Origin: Zootoca vivipara
Lineage: Eukaryota
NCBI RefSeq assembly: GCF_963506605.1
Contig: NC_083279.1
Coordinates: 33,046,001-33,110,000 of the forward strand
Direction of reading: 5' to 3'
DNA: 64,000 nt
The translations under genes were made by a program, and so were the position numbers. Shown here in pieces: positions 51,454 through 62,000 of this stretch. Under the pieces are notes generated by a model. That model had not been told where the DNA came from. It ran no database searches and saw only the letters and a program-made list of their open reading frames with translations. Numbering within the stretch: position 1 is the first letter of the stretch; every line of letters begins with the position of its first letter.

Positions 51454-52536
51454 CCCTAAACCGTGCTGACAGAACAGCACCCCTGTCTTGGCTGCTATAC
51501 GGCAGGTCTCTGGCTATCCCCTTGGCTGATGCTCAGAGATTGTGGCGGCAGCGATCCCAGTTTGCAGGAGGTTTCGAGGCAAAGCAGTTTTTTTGGATCA
51601 AATTATACAGATCACTCCACTCCCACCCACCACAGCTGAAAGCCAGCCATTACTGCAGTAGGAATCATGTGGGTGTTTTCTCACACAACAAAGAATTGCA
51701 CCCTATGAGATATCCAAAACAAGAAGTGACAAGTTCCTTAAACCTGACTGACACTGTAAGCGGAATGTGTGTGGGCAGTGGGTAAAAATAGCTCCAGTGT
51801 TTTGGTCACATGCCAGTTGGGCTAGCAACTATATTATTGAGTCAAGTACTATGGAATGCTTTTTTAAAAATGCTATGATACCCAGCATGACTACAGACGA
51901 TAGGGAAACACCATATTGGTTACATCACACAGAATAAGATTGAGATAGCTTTTGTTAAGGGGCCTAGCAAGCGAACATGACCAGGCTTCTGAGGTATTTG
52001 ACTACATTCCTGAAGGCTACCGGCTGACTCTAGTCTCAAGCTGAAAAAAAAGATCTAATCCTTTGAGTTGGAAAAACAACAACCTTTGAATGTTTGTAAA
52101 CACACCAACTTTACGAACTTGAAAACCCTTATGAGTCCTGGACTTAGCCACATACTTCTGTATAATTTATCCTGTGGTATTTGAAGGCTCCATTCACCCA
52201 ACATGGTCGCTAGTTGGACGTCATATGACCTTTAATGAATAAAAATAAATTGAGCCCACATGGTGGCTGCTCTGTGTGGCTTGTCACTGGTATCACATGG
52301 AATGGCAGATTCCTCCACCCTCATTCCATCAGTGCATCTCACATGGTTAAGAGGAACATTTGGTGGTGACCTCTTTGAGACTTAGGGGTGTGGAACACTT
52401 TTCATTCCGCAGGGTGTATTTCCTCATGGGCAACCCTCTGCTGGCCACGTGCAATCAAGCGGTATATAAATTTTATGCAATAAATAATGCCAATGGTGGG
52501 TCGGGCAATTGATATGACTCTTGTATTTGTTTAGTA

Positions 52537-53844
52537 CTCCTTTCCGACAAGGTTGTATATCAGGGGTCCCCAGACTTACCGCGCGGTGGGCCGGAGGGCA
52601 GGGGAGTGCGCGCGCAGCGGGCCGGAGGGCGGGGGAGTGCGCGCCCGTGCGCATGCGCACACGCACACGGGCGGGAAAAAAATCGCCGAAAATCGCTTGT
52701 GCGCATGCGTATGGGCCTCCCCCGACCCGGAAGTGCACCAGAAATGACCTCTTCCGGGTCGGGAGAGGCCCATACGCATGCGCACAAAGGATTTTCGGCG
52801 ATTTTTTGCCGATTTTTTAGATCGTCGCTGCGCCGCGCGCTGTGAGAGCGGGCGGCGGCAGCGGGCGGCTGGGGTCGTCGCGGGCTGGATTGGAAGGCCG
52901 AATGGGCCGCATCCGGCCCGGGGGCCGTAGTTTGGGGACCCCTGTTGTATATTGTCTCCCTGCTTATTTAACTCATATGCAGAATTCATCATGCGAAAGG
53001 CTGGACTAGATGAATCCCAAGCCGAAATTAAGATTGCCGGAAGAAATATCAACTATCTTGGATATGCAGATGACACAACCTTGATGGCAGAAAGTGAGGA
53101 GGAATTAAAGAACCTTTTAATGAGGGTGAAAGAGGAGAGCACAAAATATGGTCTGAAGCTCAACATCAAAAAAACCAAGATCATGGCCACTGGTCCCATC
53201 ACTTCCTGGCAAATAGAAGGGGAAGAAATGGAGGCAGTGAGAGATTTTACTTTCTTGGGTTCCATGATCACTGCTGATGGTGACAGCAGTTATGAAATTA
53301 AAAGACGCCTGTTTCTTGGGAAAAAAGCAATGACAAACCTAGACAGCATCTTAAAAAGCAGAGACATCACCTTGCTGACAAAGGTCTGTATAGTTAAAGC
53401 TATGGTTTTCCCAGTAGTGATGTATGGAAGTGAGAGCTGGACCATAAAGAAGGCTGATTGCCGAAGAATTGATACTTTTGAATTATGGTGCTGGAGGAAA
53501 CTCTTGAGAGTCCCATGGACTGCAAGAAGATCAAACCTATCCATTCTTAAGGAAATCAGCCCTGAGTGCTCACTGGAAGGACAGATCGTGAAGCTGAGGC
53601 TCCAATACTTTGGCCACCTCATGAGAATAGAAGAATCTTTGGAAAAGACCCTGATGTTGGGAAAGATGGAGGGCACTAGGAGAAGGGGACGACAGAGGAT
53701 GAGATGGTTGGACAGTGTTCTCGAAGCTACGAACATGAGTTTGACCAAACTGCAGGAGGCAGTGCAAGACAGGAGTGCCTGGCGTGCTATGGTCCATGGG
53801 GTCACGAAGCGTCGGACACGACTAAATGACTAAACAACAACAAC
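52537..53844 (+). mobile_element. Bov-B LINE, 5'-truncated, with 5' micro-inversion and interrupted by a MITE
   Basis: RT C-terminal ORF 52952-53833 with YADD; (CAA)n tail; 12-bp TSD atttgtttagta (52525-52536, 53845-53856). Confidence 0.96.
52561..52944. mobile_element. Young CpG-rich hAT (Charlie-like) MITE inside Bov-B
   Basis: TIR caggggtcccca(g/a)act; perfect 8-bp TSD ttgtatat (52553-52560, 52945-52952) duplicating Bov-B sequence. Confidence 0.95.
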
Positions 53845-55379
53845 ATTTGTTTAGTAGGCTATAGTCCAACCATGAAAAAGCCAGAGGTTTCTATATGTAC
53901 ATCTCACCATCCAGGCAGTCAAGAGGGCAATATTACAGTTCAAGGCCACATTCCATCCATCCTGGCAAAAGAACTGGAGGAGGAGGGTGTAAATGAGTGC
54001 CAGATATCTCTAACCCTAAGAGTCACATTTGTGCCCCAGGTTGAAGATTCCCCGCCCCAGATCCAGAAAATCACCTGGAATGGTTGGTGAGCCACCAAAC
54101 AAAAATGTCTCACTTGAAGGAGCAGCCAACAAACATATGTAATATATTGGCTCCATGTTTGTTTATTTTTATTTGCAAGTGAACTTTTCGCTCCCAGTCG
54201 CCTCCTTGCCAGGAAAAACTTCTTTAAAGAAAAAGACTATTGTTAAAGCACAGTAGCGAGCCCAGAAAGAGAAGAGGCAAAATCCAGTTCAAGTAAGCTA
54301 CTCCTTCATGTGAAAATGACTTGGTTAAGCTGAGCAGGCTTCAGGAAACAGGTCTCAATATTTTGGGTCTTCATGCAGAGAAAATAAAACAGTCTTCCAA
54401 TGCATGTAATTGAGGCCAGGCTGCATTGCAAACACACAGCGGGATAGAAGGGGCTTCTGCCTATCAGGACCTTTGCCGGTGGCTGCTTTCTAATACTGCT
54501 GAAATGCAGAGGAGGGAGATAGATTTTAAGGAACACAAACCATTTAGATTCTCCACAGATAGAACACACACTGCACCAGCATGGTTTCTTTCCTTCTACA
54601 CCCCCCTCCTCCCTGAGATGCCTGAGGTGAATACCAGCTTGGTTTATGCCCAACGGATAAGCACTTAAATATATTACAGCCTCGTAAGCAAAATAAAGAA
54701 ACAGCTCCTTACCAGGTTTTGTGGCCTCTGCTGCCTTTCCTATAAAAGGCTCCTAGACACATTAGTTCAGCATCGGGATTTGAAAAGCCACCTTGCTTTC
54801 AAGGGATTATGGGTTCAATCCAATTGCAGGTTTCTAAACCATTTTCCTCTTAAAAGGATCCTGGACATGTAATCGCATTAGTCCCTGACTGGCCTCCATT
54901 CAGGGAAGCCAGAATGTCAGGAGTGATGGTGCTGTACTGCGGCACTTGGCAAAGCCAGGTCAGAATGCTTTAAAAAGGGAGGGGGGGATGATTATCCACA
55001 GAACAGTCCTGGCTATAGGATCGCAAAAGGGATCTACAGCTGTGCTTGCCCATCTCTAGGCCTAATACCTTTTTGTGGCTATTCACTTTGGGATCTTTAA
55101 ATAGGAAAGTCAGTCCATCATCTATTTGCTTAAACACTAACGGGGAGTGCAAAGCTGTGTCAAATTTACAACATGACAGGTCCTATTAACAGGTACAATG
55201 CATCAGCAGAGGTGTCAAACATTTCCATAAAGATGATTGTCCCAGTACCGACTTTGTTAAATGAAACAAGATTTATTTGTGCCTTCAGCATGCTTGCATG
55301 GTATACAGGCCCATGTAACTACTCGGCTTCCTGGCTAACTTGAAACACTAAGGCAAGCTATGACTTAGCACAAGCTCCT

Positions 55380-55609
55380 GGAATGGACTGATGTCAATAT
55401 CCCCCAATTTCAGATCACCGTCTTCCTGCCCTGTTGAGAAAACGAGGTCCAGAGTGGGACTTGTCACGTGCATTGTGCCGATTACATGTTGGAACAGCCA
55501 TTGAGTCCTGAGCCACCCCAGAGCCAGTTGCCTCGTCATGGGTGTTGACGTCCCCCAAAACCAGCAGTCCGGGAGTCCTCAACACTGCCTCTGAGACCAG
55601 CTCAGGGAG
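55380..55609 (-). mobile_element. L2/CR1-group APE endonuclease relic
   Basis: Minus strand LPELVSEAVLRTPGLLVLGDVNTH... and ...TLDLVFS, matching the GDFN and LDL motifs. Confidence 0.72.
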
Positions 55610-56595
55610 GACATTATTATTTAGAGGTTTTCAGAATCTATTGCAGAGTGAAGCTGTAATCCCTATCTGCCTCTGCAGTTTCACTGCTCCGCTCACAGAC
55701 TGTGAAGCTGAGGGGTGGGTGGGTGTGGAGATATTTGGTGATTTAGGTAGTGGGGAGGGGCACAATTAAGAAGCCAAGTCAGAGTGAGGGCAGCAATGGT
55801 TCTTGCTCCCACTCCTGTATATGAAGCCTTCAAGAGGAAAAGTTAACAAGGCAGTGATGAGCCCCATCACCTCTGCTGTGAGGCTCATGAAAACAGGTAG
55901 GCATGAAAAACCTGAGAGGGCATACAGTTCTGCGAAACCTTTCGCCCTGAACCTCCATGTTTCGAGCGGGAAATTCTTCAATAAAGTTGCAGCTCAGCTC
56001 TATATTTATGTCTGCGTTGGCTTGGGAAGATGGGAGTTGTTGTCTAAAGCAGCTTGAGGGCATCAGGTTGGTGAAGGCTGATTTAGAGTATCAGAAAAAT
56101 AAGACTGAAGTGAAAATATGTTGTTACAAGGAAAGCAGTGTGTTTGTGTGTGTGTAATATAATTGTAATGAATTCAGCCTTACAGCTAAAGGGACGTATA
56201 AAATGTTGTGGATCTAAGTTATTACAAACCATCTGGATTAAGAGGATGGAAAACCTCCCTAGCAGTTTATCGTTATAATAGATACTTTGCCGGGTATGTG
56301 CATGCATTACATTGATAAGATACCAGATGGCCTTTTTTGAAGAGGGGGAAAAAGAGAGCTGTTTCAAATGGTAAATCCTCCTTTATCATCCCATACCAAT
56401 ACTCCTTTAGCGAATAAGATAGAGAACCGAAAAGGAATAAGCACTTTAAAAAAACCTTGCTTTAAAGAGTCGTATGTGTAATAGAAAAGTCACTGTAAGT
56501 AAAGCATTCCCCTGCCAATAAATTGAGGCAACTAATGATACAGATTCGGAGACTAATCTGCGTACAGGGGGGGGGGGGAGGTTCAAAAAGTATCC

Positions 56596-57346
56596 ACATG
56601 GTGCTCAGAGAACAATCTGCACCTAAACATTGGCAAGACAAAGGAGATGGTGTTGGACTTTTAGGGGAAGAGAGGGGAGCTAGCCCCGTTGTATATCGGG
56701 GGAGCTGTGTGGAGAGAGTCTCTTCCTTTAAATACCTGGGAGTCCATCTTAGTGAAGACCTAACTTGGAAGGTCAATACAGCCCAGGTGGTTAGGAAGGC
56801 CCAGCAGAGACTTCATTTCCTTAGGGTCTTGTGAAAGAACAAGGCTGGACAGCAGCTGATGATTTCCTTCTATCAGTCCACGATAGAAAGTGTTCTCTCA
56901 TACTGCAATACGGTGTGGTATGTTGGTTTGACAGCCATGGACAGAGAGTCCCTACGGAGGGTGGTGAAGACAGCACACGATATTGTGGGCTGTCCCCTGA
57001 GTCCGCTAGATGCTATTGCGGGAGACCTTTGCCTCAGAAGAGCGAGGAACATTTTCAGGGATGACTCACACCCTGGCCAGCACCTTTTTAATCTCCTGCC
57101 CTCAGGCAGGAGATACAGAAGCATGATAAGCCGTACCAATAGGTTAAATAACAGTTTCTACCCATGGGCCATGAGGCTGCTGAATGGAAGACAGCAACAT
57201 TGCAGCTGACGTTCGGGGTTGGTGGTCGTACGACAGCACACAGAGTGTAACAAGGACTGAGTGATTGTTTTGGGGGGGGGGGTCATTTAATCTCACTGTA
57301 AACAAGTGGTACAGTGACAATAAAGTATTTCTATTTCTATTTCTAT
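56596..57346 (+). mobile_element. Rex1/Babar-like LINE 3' fragment (frameshifted)
   Basis: WCSENNLHLNIGKTKEMVLDF / VERVSSFKYLGVHLSEDLTW...KAQQRLHFLRVL / FYQSTIESVLSYC...DDSHPGQHLFNLLPSGRRYRS...NSFYP; AATAAA and (TATTTC)n tail. Confidence 0.88.
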
Positions 57347-57498
57347 ATAAACTAGAATTCAGAACGACCTGCCACTTGAGAGTGTTGCATGGAAATGAAT
57401 GAATCAGGCTACAAGGTTCATCTTGACATAAATGACATTCAAATATGTATATGAAATTTGAATACAATACGTAAGGCTGAAATGAGATGATGTGGAAT

Positions 57499-57500
<2 letters not shown>

Positions 57501-57532
<32 letters not shown>
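57501..57532. repeat. (TG)16 microsatellite
   Basis: Directly visible. Confidence 0.97.
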
Positions 57533-57533
<1 letters not shown>

Positions 57534-58164
57534 ACAGTATCTGATCCGATCTACAAAAGAAGTTGCAAACTGAATTAATTTAGCTGTGTTGTACATGGAT
57601 TTGGATTTATTTATTTAGTTAGTTAGTTTAAAAAGCCTCCATTGGCTAAACTACTGTGATATCAGAGAATGCTTATGAACATTCTAGCTCAGATGCTGTG
57701 ACACGGCTGGCAGGATCTCTGTACTCGGGCTTCACTAAAGGAAATCATCAGTTTGTCTGGGATTAAAATTTCATACGTGCACCTGGGAAAGGAGCAGCTG
57801 TGTGGTATGTGGACAGCCTGGAGGTTGGAAAGCTGAAGGTAAAAAGATTTGAATAGGTTTTAAAAAAAAAGCTAAGAAACATACTGCTGAGCTGCAGAGG
57901 CAGGAAAGAAAGGAAGTGGGGGAAAGAACACAGACCATGGAGTAAGATAAAGGGAGATTAGGTGCATGAGAGACAAAAAAGGGCCTGGGGAGCAGGTGGA
58001 CAGATAAGGAGGAGTTGAAGAAGCGATAGGTCAGTAATAAGCAAACTGCAAAAACAGCTGTATGTGATTTTAGGGCAGTAGTGTATTGTTGAAAGCTAGT
58101 GCGATAAGAGGAGAAGAAACAGCCAAGGTGAGCAGGCAGGGAGGCTAGCTGGGAGGGTCTAAAC

Positions 58165-58300
58165 CAGGCATCCCCAAACTTGGCCCTCCAGATGCTTTGG
58201 GACTACAACTCCCATCATCCCTAGCTAACAAGACCAGTGGTCAGGGATGATGGGAACTGTAGTCCCGAAACATCTGGAGGGCCGAGTTTGGGGATGCCTG
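58165..58300. mobile_element. Short palindromic hAT-type MITE
   Basis: TIR caggcatccccaaact; 8-bp TSD gtctaaac. Confidence 0.93.
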
Positions 58301-58369
58301 GTCTAAACTAAATGAAACAGAGTAGATAGTTGCCAGAAAACTAGGGGCCTAATGAAATTATGGGTAGTG

Positions 58370-58427
58370 GGAAGGAAGGAAGGAAGGAAGGAAGGAAGGA
58401 AGGAAGGAAGGAAGGAAGGAAGGAAGG
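58370..58427. repeat. (GGAA)n microsatellite
   Basis: Directly visible. Confidence 0.97.
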
Positions 58428-59011
58428 GGAGGAGGTGGAGGCGGAGGCGGAGGCGTCGGAGGCAGGAACCTTCACACGAGGTCTAAGGACAGAGTTCTCA
58501 GCAGACAGGGAGAGAAGAGACAAGGAACAATGGGGCTTCTGGATGAGAGGCCAACCGGGGAAGGCTATTGCTGCATCCACAACTTTAGTGACCATTTGTG
58601 TGTCTTTTTAGAGTCGCCTCCAAATGAAAATTCTAGTACTTTTACCCCCTCCCATCACCGCAGAATTTTGCAGAGCTGGCAACCTAAAGGGGGGCGGCAA
58701 GAGCCAAGAGGGAGTGTGGTGTTAAATTTAATATACTGAAGCAACAGTTTAAGACAATAGCAATAGTGTAATATAACAGCCCAGTGCAAGGAAAATGCCA
58801 TTGCACATGCCTGCCAGGATGTATTTCCAATTCTGAAAATTAATCTTTAATGGTTCCAAATGGATTTTGCCTCTAAAGTCACTGATGACACCAGAGACCA
58901 CAGGAGCTGTTTCACTACTGTTGTCGTCTTTCATAGCAACGCAGATCAGCAGAGGCTCTAAGCTGTGGATTACTTACATGATTAAAGATATCCTCATCTC
59001 AATAGGATTTT

Positions 59012-62000
59012 TTTTTTTTTTTTGAATTTAAAAACAATCTTTATTGAAAATCTAAAAAAATTCAACATATAGAAAGAATAAAATATAAATAGCGAGTATG
59101 ACAGACATAACCAAACAGGAATCAATATCAATTCAAAATTACTTGAAATGAAATGAAAGAAAAAGAAAAGGGAGGAAAAAAACTTAACTTAAAAAAACCT
59201 AACATAACATAACATAACATAACATATAACAATATTTAGCATAACCTAATATAACTTATATAATCTCAACATATCTTAACAAATACAATTTAAAGAAAAG
59301 AAAAAAAAAGGAGAAGAAAAGGAGAAAAAGAACAAAGAAAACATATATATTTCAAAACACTTTAACATTTACACTTACTAAAACCTACTGTCCCCCCACC
59401 CTTTCCCCCCTCCACCGTATCATGACTTCCAACCACTCCTGTATTCTGATTTTGGTTTCACTGATATTCCGCATACCTTTCTCTAATTTAATTTATTTTC
59501 TTAATATTGTGCCCCTCATGGATCCGCTATTAACTGCGCCTTTTCCACTTGTTTTTGTAAATAAATCTTGAGTGGTTTCCATTCTTCTCCTGCTTTTTCT
59601 TCACTTAAACCTTTAGATATTCCAACTCTAATTGCTAAGTTCTGATAATTTATTAATTTGGTCAACCACTCTTCTTTATTTGGAACTTTTTTGCTCTTCC
59701 AGTTTTTAGCGATTAAGAGTCTACCCGCTGTTGTCGCGTGCATTAGCACGCATCTGTCCCTTGGTTTAATGTCTTCCTTCAACATGCTCAGGAGGAAGAT
59801 TTCCGGCTCTTTTTTAAAGGAGTATCTAACTATTTTTTTTAATTCTTTATATATCTCGTCCCAGAACTTCTTAATTTCTTTGCAGCACCACCAAATATGT
59901 AGGAAAGTACCTACTTCTTCCTTGCACCTCCAACAAGTGTTACTGACCCCTCCGTACATCTTAGCTAATTTCGAGGGCGTGAGATGCCACCTAAATTGCA
60001 TCTTGAGCACGTTTTCTTTTAAATCATAATTTGAAATATAATTTGAATCTCTAATCCATAAACTTTCCCAATTTTCAACCGTAATTGTTTTTCCCAAATC
60101 TTGTGCCCACTTTATCATAACAGCTTTGGTTAATTCATCTTTTGTAGCCCAATCCAACAATAATTCATACAAGTTTCGAACAAATTTATTTTCCCCCTCC
60201 AATAATATTTTCCCGAATTTGGATATCTCTCTTTCGAAGCCAATTTTTTTATCTTCGCTGAATTTTTGATTTATTTGAAAGTATTGCAACCAGACATTGC
60301 AATACTTTTTGACTTCATTATATTCTTTCAATTTTAAATTTCCATTTTCTTCTTTTAATAAATCTTTATATGTCGGCCAATCTTTATCCATATTAACCCT
60401 TTTGACTGCTATTGCTTCTTTAGGTGACAACCACCATGGTACTTTTGGTTCCAAGACGCCCTGATGTTTTTTCCATGTTTTAATTAAGGATTTCCTCACA
60501 ATGCTGTTCCAGAAGGTGCTGTGCTTCCCCGGTTTTTCTTTCATTAGGTAGTGGTGCCAACCAAACCCTATTCCAAATCCCTCTAAATCTAAAATTTCAG
60601 TATTTTTCAATTCAATCCAATCTTTTAGCCATAACAGGGCCGCCGCATCGTGGTACAATTCAAGATCGGGTAAACTAAACCCCCCTCTCTCTTTTTTTTC
60701 AATTAGTAGTTTGTGTTTGATTCTTGGCTTCTTGTCATCCCAGATGAATTTCATTATGTCTTTCCTCCATAAATCAAAACAATTTGAACCTCCCAAGATC
60801 GGAATGCTTTGAAACAAAAAAATCATTTTTGGGAGGACACTCATTTTTATCACTGAGATCCTACCCATAAAAGAGATTTTTAGTTTTTTCCAAATTTCCA
60901 ATTTATGTTTAATTTCCTTCCACTTTTTTTCATAATTTTCTTGGTACAGGTCAATGTTTTTATTTGTCAATTGTATGCCCAAATACTTTATTTTCTTTCT
61001 AATTTCAATACCAGTTTTTTCTTGTAATTCTCTTTTATCTCTTTCTTCTAAATTTCTTACTAACAAACTACTTTTTTTGTAATTTAAATTGAACCCTGCT
61101 AATTTCCCAAATTCGTTTATTCTTTCTAATGCTCTTGGAACACTTTTTAATGGGTTTTCTGTCGTGATCATAACATCGTCAGCGAAGGCTCTGACTTTAT
61201 ATCTTGTGGTCCCTATCTTTATCCCTTCGATTTCCTTATCCTCTCTAATATTTTTAAGCAAAATCTCTAGTACTATTATAAATAATAGAGGGGACAGGGG
61301 GCAGCCCTGTCTCGTACCTTTTTCTATATTAATTTCTTCTGTTGTTATTCCATTAATTATTATTTTAGCTTTTTGTTTACTATATATCGATTCGATTGCT
61401 CTATTCATTTTTTCTCCAATCTCTAGATGTTGCAATGTTTTTTTCAAGAAGGCCCACGACACGTTGTCGAAGGCCTTCTCGGCATCGATTGACAGAAGTG
61501 CTGCCTCCTTCCCTCTATTATTTTCAAGACATTCAATTATATTTATTATGTTTCTTATATTATCTTTTAGTTGTCGCCCTTTAACAAATCCAGATTGATT
61601 TTCATGTATTATTTCTTTTAGGAACCAATTGAATCTATTTGCCAAAACGCCAGCGAAAATTTTATAATCACAGTTTAATAAGGAGATGGGTCTGTAATTT
61701 GTGGGTTGATCTGGGTCGGCATCTTGTTTAGGTAGAAGGGTTATTGTGGCCTCTCTCCAAGAATCTGGTACCATTCCTCCCATTAATATTCCATTCATAA
61801 CTTTCTTCAATGGGGCTAACAATAGATCTTCCATACTTTTATAAAACTCTATGGGGATCCCATCCGGGCCTGGCGATTTGCCAATTTTCATCTTTTGTAT
61901 TACCTCTCTTATTTCTCTATCTGTTATCATCTCATTTAATGCTGTAATTTTATCATCCGAAATTCTGGGTAACTTATATTTATTTAAAAAATTCTCTATC

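Larger units (their letters stand above)
52383..54060 (-). mobile_element. Old hAT-like MITE split by the Bov-B insertion (52383-52536 plus 53857-54060)
   Basis: The rejoined flanks align by eye across the insertion point with 45046-45183 in reverse. Confidence 0.7.

Noticed and set aside
58341-58611. ORFs with KEGR / FLPS repeats
   Set aside because: Translation of the (GGAA)n microsatellite.
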